Shown here: positions 8,431-18,300 of the stretch, piece after piece
Position numbering within the stretch: the first letter of the stretch is position 1
Layout of the letters: each line of letters begins with the position of its first letter
From: Candidatus Micrarchaeaceae archaeon
GTDB taxonomy: Archaea; Micrarchaeota; Micrarchaeia; Micrarchaeales; CABMGC01
Length of the DNA stretch: 28,595 bases
Reading direction: 5' to 3'
Assembly (NCBI GenBank): GCA_038878295.1
Contig: JAVZVY010000007.1
Location: forward strand, 5,660-34,254
The notes under the pieces: model-generated
The model's database searches: none
Told to the model about the DNA's origin: nothing
Seen by the model: the letters and a program-made list of their open reading frames with translations, nothing else
Translations under genes and position numbers: made by a program

Positions 8431-10260
8431 ATGGAAGCGGATTACTACAAGAGCATAGGCTTTAAATGCGGGCTTGAGATACACCAGCGCCTTCTTACCA
8501 AAGCCAAGCTCTTCTGCGGCTGCGATGCCACTATCTCCCAGTCAAGGAAAATAGCTGTGGTTGAGCGCAGGCAGAGGGCCGTTGCTGGCGAGCTCGGCGA
8601 AATTGACAGGTCTACCTACTTCGAAAGCGGCAGGAACCGCCAGTTCATTTACAATCTATACGAAAACAGCACATGCCTTGTGGATATAGACGAGGAACCG
8701 CCGCATGAACTTAACAGGGAAGCCCTTGAGATAGCGATGCTAATTGCGGCGTCATTCAATGCGAAGATTCCAGACGAAATAGAACCAATGCGCAAGGAAG
8801 TTGTCGATGGGAGCGACCCAAGCGCCTTTCAAAGGACTCTTCTTGTTGGCTATGACGGCGAACTAAAAATTAACAAGAGGAAGATAAGCATAGACAGCAT
8901 TTTCCTTGAGGAAGAATCGGCTGGAATAGAGAAAAGCGACGCTAGCAGCGTCTACTATAACCTGGACAGATTCGGCGTTCCGTTGGTTGAAATAGACACA
9001 GCCCCTTCGATTTCCACTCCAGAGGAGGCCAAGGATGTGGCGCTCGCAATAGGCACCCTGCTCAGACTAACCTCAAAGGTCCAGAGAGGCATTGGAACAA
9101 TAAGGCAAGACGTCAACGTATCGATAGCGGAAGGCGCAAGGATCGAGATAAAGGGCTTTCAGGACCTTGGCATAATGGATGTCGTCATAAAAAACGAAAT
9201 AGAGAGGCAGCGCAAGCTTATAGAGATAAGAAACGAGCTAAAGAAAAGGCATGCCGAAGTCGGCAAGCCCATAGACGTTACTGATGCGTTCAAAGCCACT
9301 AAATCAAACATAATCTCGCGCGCAATAAAGCAGGGCGGTCATGTTTTCTCGGTTAAGCTGCGCGGGTTTGCCGGAATGCTTGGTTACGAAATCAACGCGG
9401 GCAGAAGGCTCGGCAGCGAGATAAGCGACTATGCGAAGATTGCCGGCGTGGGCGGCATAATCCACAGCGACGAGAACCTCGCCTCGTACGGCATAACCAG
9501 CGATGAAATATCAAATTTGAGCAAACTTCTCGAGTGCAACAAAGACGATGCTTTCATGATAGTTGCAGCAGAAGGGAGCGCAGCAAGAAGGGCGATAGAC
9601 CTTGCGATAGGCAGGGCCAAAGCGGCTATAGAAGGCGTGCCTCCAGAAACCCGCGCAGTCGACCAGAATTCGATGCAGACCAGATTTTTGAGACCGCTTC
9701 CAGGCGGCTCAAGGATGTACCCCGAAACAGACGTAAAGCCTATAACTGTTGATCCAGACCATTACAAGAAACTGCTGATGACTGCGCCAAGCATAGACAA
9801 AATCAGAAACGAGCTTGCAAGCGAGATAAAGAACGCGCAGCTTGCCGAGCAGATGCTCAGATCGCCTATGCTGCAGACGTACCGCAATATAATTGGCAAG
9901 GTAAACGTAGAGCCGCAAATTGTTGCAACCGTACTGCTCGAAAAGTTCAGAGAACTCAGCAGGTCTGGAATCGAGGTAAATTCGATACCCGCAGAGGTGC
10001 TTGCATATATCTTCAAGAAATATTCAAGCGGGTATATAACGAAGCTCGGCATCGTCGAAATATTGAAATCCGTGCCAAAAAGTTCAGAAGATGTCGACAA
10101 GGCAATAATTGAAAAGGGTCTCAAAAGAATTTCTGGAAAGGCGCTAGTTGCTCTCGTGAAAAAATTCAACGTGTCAAACAAGGATCTTCTGGTAAATGAA
10201 ATAATGTCAAAGTACAGGCTCGTAGTAGACGGCGCTGAACTCAATGATATTTTGAAGTGA
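8431..10260 (+). CDS. gatE: Glu-tRNA(Gln) amidotransferase subunit E
   Basis: GLEIHQ, KLFC, DEEPPH, MRKEVVDGSDPSAFQRT, RGIGTIRQDVNVSI, IHSDE (AspRS-like insertion) and RPLPGGSRMYPETD. Confidence 0.97.
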   Translation: MEADYYKSIGFKCGLEIHQRLLTKAKLFCGCDATISQSRKIAVVERRQRAVAGELGEIDRSTYFESGRNRQFIYNLYENSTCLVDIDEEPPHELNREALEIAMLIAASFNAKIPDEIEPMRKEVVDGSDPSAFQRTLLVGYDGELKINKRKISIDSIFLEEESAGIEKSDASSVYYNLDRFGVPLVEIDTAPSISTPEEAKDVALAIGTLLRLTSKVQRGIGTIRQDVNVSIAEGARIEIKGFQDLGIMDVVIKNEIERQRKLIEIRNELKKRHAEVGKPIDVTDAFKATKSNIISRAIKQGGHVFSVKLRGFAGMLGYEINAGRRLGSEISDYAKIAGVGGIIHSDENLASYGITSDEISNLSKLLECNKDDAFMIVAAEGSAARRAIDLAIGRAKAAIEGVPPETRAVDQNSMQTRFLRPLPGGSRMYPETDVKPITVDPDHYKKLLMTAPSIDKIRNELASEIKNAQLAEQMLRSPMLQTYRNIIGKVNVEPQIVATVLLEKFRELSRSGIEVNSIPAEVLAYIFKKYSSGYITKLGIVEILKSVPKSSEDVDKAIIEKGLKRISGKALVALVKKFNVSNKDLLVNEIMSKYRLVVDGAELNDILK

Positions 10261-10264
10261 TCTG

Positions 10265-10954
10265 ATGGATTACGAGATTATCGGAAGTAGCATGCAATCG
10301 TTGAGAATATCCCTTCAAAATGGGGAAAAGATATACTCTGATTCAGGCAAGCTTTTGAGCAAGACAGAGACTGTGAAGATGACCCCTAGAGTTGTCGGCG
10401 GCATCATTGGCGTAATAGAGCGAAAGATGACAGGCGCAACCGGTCTGCTTACAGAATTCCTGTCTACCGGCGACGACGACGTTGTTTCTGTGGCTGGCGT
10501 CTTTCCAGGAAAGATAAAAGCAATAACCCTAACCGATGGGCAGGAATTCATAGCCGAGCACTATGCATTTCTCGCGGCCGAAGACACGGTGAAGTTCACA
10601 ATGCAAACTGTGAGCCTGGGCGCTGCGTTTTTCGGCGGAGCCGGCCTGATACTGCAGAAATTTGTCGGTCCAGGTAAAGTTTTCATACACACTGTCGGCG
10701 ACACGATAGAGCACGTCCTTGACGGCTCTAGGCGGCTTGAGGTTGACCCTGGTCACATAGCCGGGTTTGACGCGTCCCTGCAGTATAAAATAAGATTTGT
10801 AGATAACATAAGGACTGCAATGTTCGGCGGCGTTGGGCTGTTTCTCGCTACTTTCTCAGGGACAGGTACAGTAATAATGCACAGCATATCAAGGTTCAAG
10901 ATGTCATCAGAAATATACCTTTCCGGTCTCGCGCAGAACCCGTCTAAACATTAG
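10265..10954 (+). CDS. AIM24 / TIGR00266 family protein
   Basis: MDYEIIGSSMQ start, FFGGAGLILQKFVGPG, VDPGHIAGFD and MFGGVGLF repeats typical of the AIM24 fold. Confidence 0.9.
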   Translation: MDYEIIGSSMQSLRISLQNGEKIYSDSGKLLSKTETVKMTPRVVGGIIGVIERKMTGATGLLTEFLSTGDDDVVSVAGVFPGKIKAITLTDGQEFIAEHYAFLAAEDTVKFTMQTVSLGAAFFGGAGLILQKFVGPGKVFIHTVGDTIEHVLDGSRRLEVDPGHIAGFDASLQYKIRFVDNIRTAMFGGVGLFLATFSGTGTVIMHSISRFKMSSEIYLSGLAQNPSKH

Positions 10955-10985
10955 ATTTGGCATACGCCTTGCAGCAATGGGCATG

Positions 10986-12545
10986 TCATCTGAAATGTGC
11001 GGAACTGCTTCTATAAATAAGCATGCACTGGCCCGATATGCATTCCGGAGTTGACGAACTCTCCAGAATAAACATCGGGCAGAATCTTGGGCCCGCGTTC
11101 CTCACATAGAATGACATATACGTTCTCGAATAGCTCAAATTCATCGCAACCTGCTGACCCAAAATTCCATTCTGGCATCTTGTCACTGGCACAATAATGC
11201 AGTCTTGGTTGATGGTACAGGCGAAGGCACTCAGCGTGGCATTAGGATCTACTTTTCTCACGAGCAAGAGCTCCTCGCTTGCGTTGACTATTGTGAAGTT
11301 TTTACCAGACTGCCAAAGCGGGCCGCGCCACGAAACGTTGGCCTCCTTCGGAATGCTCAAATTGTCAATTATTATCCACGCGTTTGCACCCTTACTCAAA
11401 TTGCTTTCACATTCCAGCGCGCCGCCTTTAACGGTGCAGCTTGCTATACCGTTTATGCCTATGGTGCCTGTGCCGCCATTTGTGATTTCTGTTATCGGGC
11501 TTACGTTGACCGCGTTTCCGACGCTGATCCATATAATGCCGTTGCCCCTTATAATTACAGGCATGCTGTGCGAACCAGTAATAATGAGATGGCCACCGCT
11601 GACTTCAATGCTCATGTTCTGAGGCACCGAAAAATTGGTAGCCATGATGCCATTTTCATTCATGCCGCAATGCTCGTGATTTATGAGGACGCCGGAAGAT
11701 ATTATACCCATGCGCATGTTCCTGCTGAAGTTAAGTTTCGCTCCTTGTCTGAGATCTGTTGTAAGCACCGGAAGCATCACTATCTTGCCATTGCCTGTTA
11801 TGTGCAACGATTCCGACAAATTGAAATCTATGTTTACCCAGTTTATTGTTGCGTTCGATATGTTGAAATTGCCGAATATCATAAGTTTGCTGCTTGGAAG
11901 AAATGCGCTTTGGTTTGTCCCATTAACCGTTGCAATTACCTTTGATACCTGAAGCACAATCTCGTTATACACGCCGCTCTTAAGTGCAACGCCAGACAAC
12001 AGCGCGGAAGTGTTTCTAAGTTCTACAAGGTTGTAGGTTTTCGCATTTATAGGCAGCTTGTACCATTTGCCTGTTGTTTTGCTGTGTATCATCGCACCGC
12101 TTATGTTCACATACACGCCGGTTATGTTCGCTAAAGCCGGCGAATCGGATATCGTGAAAACAGTGCTGCCAACAGGAATGCTAGACCCAGGCGAAAGGCG
12201 TATACTCGGGCTAACATTCTGAGCAGAAGAAACAAGCAGGATAACCCCAAATACAATTATTGCCGCAATAGCTCCGCCAAGAGGTATCCGCTTGTCAATC
12301 TTGCCGCTGCTGTAAGCAGTGACCATCTCCTCATCGCTGACTGGTTTGTTGGCCTGGTAATATTTCCATTTTCTTATGTAAGGATTTTCAACCTCGCTTA
12401 TGAACCCTTTGCCCTCGAGCTCGCGAAGGTGCTGACTTACAGTAGATGGTGCAAGGTCAAGTTCCGAAGAGAGATCGGTAAGCGTCATCTTCTTCTTTGA
12501 CAGCAGATTCAATATTTTGTTTTTTGTTTCAAGATGTTTGCTCAT
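10986..12545 (-). CDS. Membrane-anchored ArsR-type winged-HTH protein with an extracellular DUF4382-like domain and Cys-rich C-terminal domain
   Basis: aa1-65 KILNLL..MTLTDLSSELDLAPSTVSQHLRELEGKGFI..KYY (ArsR wHTH). One TM helix (IPLGGAIAAIIVFGVILLV). ISDSP..YNLVEL..SGVYNEIVL..LPSSKL..IDFNLSESL resembles DUF4382. Many N-X-S/T sequons. Confidence 0.8.
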   Translation of the reverse strand: MSKHLETKNKILNLLSKKKMTLTDLSSELDLAPSTVSQHLRELEGKGFISEVENPYIRKWKYYQANKPVSDEEMVTAYSSGKIDKRIPLGGAIAAIIVFGVILLVSSAQNVSPSIRLSPGSSIPVGSTVFTISDSPALANITGVYVNISGAMIHSKTTGKWYKLPINAKTYNLVELRNTSALLSGVALKSGVYNEIVLQVSKVIATVNGTNQSAFLPSSKLMIFGNFNISNATINWVNIDFNLSESLHITGNGKIVMLPVLTTDLRQGAKLNFSRNMRMGIISSGVLINHEHCGMNENGIMATNFSVPQNMSIEVSGGHLIITGSHSMPVIIRGNGIIWISVGNAVNVSPITEITNGGTGTIGINGIASCTVKGGALECESNLSKGANAWIIIDNLSIPKEANVSWRGPLWQSGKNFTIVNASEELLLVRKVDPNATLSAFACTINQDCIIVPVTRCQNGILGQQVAMNLSYSRTYMSFYVRNAGPRFCPMFILESSSTPECISGQCMLIYRSSSAHFR

Positions 12546-12567
12546 GATTGATATACTGTGCTATACC

Positions 12568-12575
12568 TATATAAA
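12568..12575 (-). promoter_or_regulatory. Putative TATA box (TTTATATA on - strand) for the wHTH-TM gene; likely leaderless transcript
   Basis: Lies 23-30 nt upstream of ATG 12545, which matches archaeal TATA spacing. Confidence 0.6.
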
Positions 12576-12587
12576 GTATTCCAAGGA

Positions 12588-12660
12588 TTTCGGTTTTTAT
12601 GTACAGCCATTTTGCATGTTTCGGTTTTACATAAATGCTATTTTGCATGTTTCGGTTTTA
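12588..12660. repeat. Three direct repeats with exact 31-bp period (core TTTCGGTTTT at 12588, 12619, 12650; 21-bp perfect ATTTTGCATGTTTCGGTTTTA at 12609 and 12640)
   Basis: Read directly from the intergenic region between the infB stop and the wHTH-TM gene. Confidence 0.9.
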
Positions 12661-14409
12661 TTTAGGTTTTATACTGCTTATCTGCTTTATTTCCTCGAGC
12701 AGGTCTCTCTCATCGTCAGAAAGCATGCCGCTGAATTTTCCTCTCAACAGCATATAATCAGAATCGCTGACGAATGTGTAGAGCACATCCTCCTCCTTTA
12801 TGTGCCTTCCAAATGTTACATCATCTATGGATATCGCCACGCTATCGCCCTTCTTTGCCTCCTTGAAGCTGATGCCGTTGTTTTGTATCTCCCTTATACG
12901 TCCTACAACAGTCCCTGTCTTCTTCATGAGCAAATATGACGGCTTTATCCTTCCGGCCAAAACGTCCACGCCGAAGATTGCTGGATGCGATATCCTGAAG
13001 CACATGTTTGGCAGAACCTTCAGCATTCCTGGAAAAGTGAGTGCTTTCTCTGCAGCGTCCATCTCCTTTCCCTTTTCGGCTTCAAGCCACTCCTTGTAAT
13101 CGTCGACAATCTTGTAGATGATGTTCTCGCTTATTATCTTTGTGCCGCTCGCTTCGCTTTCTAGTTTCGCGTCATCGTCTATTTTGACGTTGAACGAGAG
13201 CACGACGGCGCTGAACGGGTCTATGCCCTTCATGGCGAACGCATCAAGCACATCCCTCTTTGACACGTTGCCGAGGCCTTTTTTGCTTATCCGCACTCCG
13301 GCATTTTTGAGAAGTTTTGATATCGCTTCCATTGTGCCTATTGTGTCTGTTTTAAGTATTACGCCAGTCTTGTCTGTGGCAAAAACCTCGCTAATCTCCG
13401 CGCTTATGTCATCTGCGTAGTTTGGAACTTCAATAGAAACTAGCGGCGATCCCGGCAAAGCTTCTTCAAAGCCGTTTCCGCTTATCTTCACTCCTGCGGC
13501 AGCCGTGACTGATTCCACGCTGTAGAATTTTCCCGAAGAAAGCCGCATTTCGTACATGGGTCTTGCTTTGAGAAGCGCCTTGACCTTTGCTGTTCCGACT
13601 CCATGCTCTGTAGCAAAGGCAACTATGTCATTTACCTTGAGCGTGCCGTTGTATATTATCGCATCAACCGTCGTGCCGAGGCCTACTTCCTCTTTCTTTT
13701 CCAGTATACTGCCTGATGCCGGGCCACTCGTCTCTATGTTGAGCCTCGCTTCGAGGAAGCGCTGTGAAAGGCCAGCAACATACACGAGCAACTCGGCTAT
13801 GCCCTCGCCCGTCTTGGCGCTTATCGGTATTATGCTTATCTCCTTCTGGAAGTTTTTGACTCTGTCGTAGCGCTCGCTGTTGAAGCCCAGCTCGCTGAGC
13901 CTGCCCACAAGCGAATATATCAAAGAATCTAATTGGCTTTGGACCTGCTGGTTCTGCGCCCTTATGGCTTCATCGAAGCTCGCGCTTGACGAGTTGCGCC
14001 ATCCCGTTATCAGGTCTATCTTGTTTGCGGCAACAACGAAAGGCGTTTTGTAAGCTTTCAGTATGTCTATTGCTTCGTATGTCTGCGGCTCAAAGCCCTT
14101 TGAAACGTCCACTACAAGTATTGCAAGGTCCGCTATGCTTCCGCCTCGCTTCCTCAGGTTTGTGAAAGCCTCGTGCCCTGGGGTGTCTATAAAAAGAAGG
14201 CCTGGTATAGTGAGCTTTACCGGCATCTTCTTAAGCAGGCTTCCGCTTATCTTCTCTATCGCGCTTATAGGCACTTCGCTCGCGCCTATGTGCTGGGTTA
14301 TGCCTCCAGCTTCCTTAGCCGCTATGGCAGAGTTTCTTATCTTGTCGAGTAGGGTAGTCTTACCGTGGTCTACATGGCCCATTACCACTATTATGGGTTG
14401 CCTTATCAT
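12658..14409 (-). CDS. infB: Translation initiation factor aIF5B (IF-2)
   Basis: MIRQPIIVVMGHVDHGKT, EAGGITQHIGA, DTPGHEAF, NKID and SAKTGEG. Start moved to ATG 14409, which has GGTG upstream. No intein. Confidence 0.97.
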   Translation of the reverse strand: MIRQPIIVVMGHVDHGKTTLLDKIRNSAIAAKEAGGITQHIGASEVPISAIEKISGSLLKKMPVKLTIPGLLFIDTPGHEAFTNLRKRGGSIADLAILVVDVSKGFEPQTYEAIDILKAYKTPFVVAANKIDLITGWRNSSSASFDEAIRAQNQQVQSQLDSLIYSLVGRLSELGFNSERYDRVKNFQKEISIIPISAKTGEGIAELLVYVAGLSQRFLEARLNIETSGPASGSILEKKEEVGLGTTVDAIIYNGTLKVNDIVAFATEHGVGTAKVKALLKARPMYEMRLSSGKFYSVESVTAAAGVKISGNGFEEALPGSPLVSIEVPNYADDISAEISEVFATDKTGVILKTDTIGTMEAISKLLKNAGVRISKKGLGNVSKRDVLDAFAMKGIDPFSAVVLSFNVKIDDDAKLESEASGTKIISENIIYKIVDDYKEWLEAEKGKEMDAAEKALTFPGMLKVLPNMCFRISHPAIFGVDVLAGRIKPSYLLMKKTGTVVGRIREIQNNGISFKEAKKGDSVAISIDDVTFGRHIKEEDVLYTFVSDSDYMLLRGKFSGMLSDDERDLLEEIKQISSIKPK

Positions 14410-14501
14410 GCCTGCACCAAGAGAAAGCTTTATATTCTGCCCCGAACAAATATTCATAATTATATTAAAAATATAATAATAAGAACCTTGAGAGTGTTTT
14501 C

Positions 14502-15044
14502 ATGGAAAGTAAAGAACTTGTTTTCATAAAGCCTGACGGAGTCGAGCGCAAGCTTGTTGGCAAAGTCATATCAAGATTTGAGGAAAACGGCTTCAAGATA
14601 CTAAGGCTGAAGAAAGGCAGGATCCCAATGTCAGTGGCCGAAAAACTTTACCCAGATTCCGTCGAACAGCTCACTGGCATGGGCAACAAAACGCTTAAGA
14701 GCATGCACGACAGAGGCGAAGATGCAAAGGTAACTGAAATATTCGGAACTACTGACCCTATGGAAATAGGCAGGCAGCTCAACCAGTGGAATAGAACGGC
14801 TGCCACTTCAGCTGAAGTGGTTGCGATGATACTTGTCGGCGAAGACGCGCCTAAGAGGGCGCGCGCCCTCGTAGGCAATACCGATCCTTCAAAAGCCGAA
14901 AAGGGCACGATACGCGGCGATTTTGCAAATGATTCGATTTACCAGGGCAATATGGAACGAAGAGCCTGCAGGAACATAGTGCATGCAAGCGACGAGGAAC
15001 GCGCGCCGATAGAGACAAAGCTCTTCGAAGAAGAATTCTTCTGA
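14502..15044 (+). CDS. ndk: Nucleoside-diphosphate kinase (long insertion-containing variant)
   Basis: LVFIKPDGV, GNTDP..A.KGTIRGDF and RNIVHASD with the catalytic His. Confidence 0.93.
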   Translation: MESKELVFIKPDGVERKLVGKVISRFEENGFKILRLKKGRIPMSVAEKLYPDSVEQLTGMGNKTLKSMHDRGEDAKVTEIFGTTDPMEIGRQLNQWNRTAATSAEVVAMILVGEDAPKRARALVGNTDPSKAEKGTIRGDFANDSIYQGNMERRACRNIVHASDEERAPIETKLFEEEFF

Positions 15045-15051
15045 TTACAGA

Positions 15052-15372
15052 CTACTGCGCCGGTGGCTGGGCCGCGCCGAGCTGTGCTTTTATTTCTGGG
15101 CTTATCATGTCTGGGCTCCAGAGCGGCTCCCAGACAAGTTCGACTTCTATCTTGCCTATGCCTTCTATTTCCTCAAGCCTCATCTGCACCTCAGCTAGTA
15201 TTATGCTCGTAACCGGGCACATAGGGCTTGTCATTGTCATTGTGAGCTTTACGTCGTTGTTCTCCTTTATCTCTATGCCATAGACCAGGCCGAGATCCAC
15301 AACATTTATTCCGAGCTCAGGGTCAACGCATTCCCTTAGCTTTTCCAATATTTCATCTTTGGTTACGCCCAT
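15052..15372 (-). CDS. DUF59 / SufT / MIP18-like metal-sulfur cluster assembly factor
   Basis: DPELGINVVDLGLVY, MTMTSPMCP and VWEPLWSPDM. Confidence 0.93.
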   Translation of the reverse strand: MGVTKDEILEKLRECVDPELGINVVDLGLVYGIEIKENNDVKLTMTMTSPMCPVTSIILAEVQMRLEEIEGIGKIEVELVWEPLWSPDMISPEIKAQLGAAQPPAQ

Positions 15373-15376
15373 CCTA

Positions 15377-18300
15377 TCAACCGGCCTTGCATGCAGGCGA
15401 AGTCGTCATCCAGAAGCAATTTTTGTTGCTTGAGCATATGTTGCCGCCGAAATCTTTATTTAGGCTGCTTGAATTTGTTGCACCTCCAGTACAAATTATG
15501 CCGTAGTCGCTCATGTTCTCGAGAACGTTGTCCTGCAGTATGTTCAAAGTCGAGTTTATAATATACAGGCCTATGCCTCCATACTTTGCGTTAGTGCTGC
15601 TTATAGTAGATGCGCCCCCTCCAGAATACTCAAACGAGACATTTGTGTCAAAAATAGAGTTGTTTATGAATTTGCCGTACAAATCGTTTTCTAGCCTTAT
15701 GCCATACGAAGAATTCATTATAATGTTGTTCTGTATGTTTGGGTAAGATGCGCCACTTATCGCTATGGCGCTGCCATCGCTCCCAAAGACGTTGTTGTAA
15801 ACGTTAGTGTAAGAGCCTTTGCTCGCAACGCCCATCGTGAAGTCCTTTATGAAGCAGTTCTCAATTTTCACGTTTGATGCGTTTACTATGTTCACAAAGG
15901 TTCCGCCGTTTGTCGCAAGCACGGTGTGATAGTTGCAGTTTATCGTTGTGAAGTTCGCGCTGCTTCCGAGCGTATTGTAAATGTTGTAGCATGTTGCGCC
16001 GTAAGGGTAAAGCATGTCGTTAGTGAGCGTTATTTGGCTTCCTGAGCTTATCGCATAGCAACTTGGTTGCATTGTCAATGGTGTAAGCTCGACAAGCCAA
16101 TTGCAGTCGCTTTTTGTTCCGCCGAAGTTGACGCCATTAAGTTCAGCGTAAAGGCCTGAGCTTCTTGGGTTGCATGCATAATCATAAGGCCTGTTCGCAT
16201 AAGCTGTGTTGTTGAACACGTTGTTCGAGTTTGAGTTGACGAAGTCAAAGCCGTAGCCTATGTTAGAAGAGGCGTTGTCGTAAGAAATGAGGTCATTGCT
16301 AGAGTTTACTATCATGAAGCCGCTCGTCGAATTAATGCCATAAGCTGCCGAATCAGAAGTTATTACGCTGTTGCTCACGTTGTCAAAGAAGAAACCTCCT
16401 ACCCTTGAGAAGCTTTTGACAGCAACGTTAATTATCTTGTCGTACATGCTGTTTGAAACTTGGACACCAGAGCCTACTCCGCTTATGTTGATGTACTCGA
16501 GGCTTGCATAGCTGGCATTGTTTATCGTGACGCCTTTGTCAAACCTCACCACGTTGCAGTTCTCGATCGAATCGTTGCTGCCAGATATGCTTATGCCTGT
16601 GCCTGTAAGGTAGCCGGTAAGAAGCCTCCCGTTGCAGTTCAGGTTTACGTTGTTTGCGTTTATGCTGATGCACGTGCCTTGCGAAGCGACGTTTGATTCG
16701 AGCGAGTAGTTGCCAGGCAGGCTTATAGCGCCGCATTCGCTGAGCGGGTAAATGCTTATTGGGGGCAGCGCATGCTGTGCGCAATTGGCCCAGTTGCAGT
16801 CGGTAACGCCGCATTTGGTGCTCTGCAATAGGTTCGTTGTCGAGTTGTACGAAGCTGCGCTGCAGTAGAAGTCTGCCTTTGTGTTGTTCTCAAGAAAGCC
16901 GTTGCTGAACGAGTTGCCGTTTCCAGAGTTCATGTATACTCCATACTTGTTCCCTGTGCCGCTGAAAGAGCTTATGAAAGTGCCGCTGTCATTGTTTATG
17001 AAAATGCCATAAGTGTTTTCCTTTGTGGTTATGTTTGAGCCGCTGAATTGGTTGGTGTTGTTGACAAAGACGCCATATTCATTGCCATCCAAAGAATCGT
17101 TTTGCACTTTGGGGTAGAAATCGCCTTCGATGTATATGCCGTATGTGCTGTTGCTGATTGTGCAGCCATCGACAGTGTCATTGTAAAGGCCCTTTATGCT
17201 TACTCCATAGCCGCTGTTTTCTATAGCGTGGCCGCCGCACTCAAGCTTTACATTCGGCGAAAGCACGTTTATGCAGGGTATTGACGCAGACTCATAGTTA
17301 GACATGTTGAGGTAGTCTGCCGCATTCAAATCTTTTTGAAGCCTGTAAACGCCAGGCGAGTAGATGCCTCCGCAGCTGCTCACGCTTTGCGATAAATGTA
17401 TCATGCTGATGTTAAGAGGCGTGTTGATCTGTGAGCACTTCGCGAAGTTGCAGTAGTAATTGCTTGAGCACGAGCTGTTGTAGAAGGCGTTAGCATCCCT
17501 AACGCCGGCTGTGGCGTTGCATATCATGTCAGAAGGATTGTTTAGGAACCTGTCGTTGATGAATCTGTTCTGCGTGCTGTTCAGCACTAGTCCGTAATAC
17601 GCGTTGTTTGCTATAGTGTTGTTCTCTATCGTGTTGTTCGAACCGAGGACTATGCTTATGCCGCCCTGCTTGCTCGCAGCAGCGTACACATAACTGTCGA
17701 GTATTCTGTTGTTGCTCGAATCGTTCAAGTAAATGCCTGACATTGTATCCTTGCTGAAGTTGCTTTGCAGTATCGTGACTCCGTTGGAGCCTTGAAGCGC
17801 TATGCCATATGAAAACTGATAAACGCCAAATCCGCTTATCGTAACGTTCTGAACCCTGCCTACAATTATTCCATACGTGAATGGTGGTATACCTGAAAAC
17901 GGACCGCTTCCATTTATCGCATTGCCATTGCCTATGAGTTCAACATTGTTGCTTGTTACGTTTAGGCAAGCGCCCTGGCTGAGCTTCACCTTTATCGAAT
18001 GCTGCAGATAATACTTGCCTGGCGACGTTATGTTCATACACCCGGTAATCTGTGCGAGCTTAACCGCTGGCACAGTGGTAGTCGGCACTGTGGTGGATGT
18101 TGTTGTTTTACTCGGCTTGTGCATAAGTGCAAAGGCAGCAGCGCCGCCTATTGCAATTGCAACCACGAGCACTGTAAGCAGAATGAGTGTTCCTGATTTG
18201 CGCTTCTTTTGTTGCCTGTTTTGCTGAGGCTGCCCTGGTTGCGGCGGAGGCGGCTGCGGCGGTTGCTGCTTAACTTGCTGTTGAGCAGCCTGCGTCTGGC

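Noticed and set aside
11197..11952. Long + strand ORFs (141, 246 and 89 aa) opposite the wHTH-TM gene
   Set aside because: Antisense shadows with no recognisable motifs. The same applies to the many antisense ORFs over ileS, gatE, infB, lig and ftsZ.
12588..12660. Mini-CRISPR array or replication origin (ORB) reading of the 31-bp repeats
   Set aside because: The spacers are only 7-10 nt and there are no cas genes. The repeats lack the ORB G-string and no cdc6/orc1 gene is in the window.
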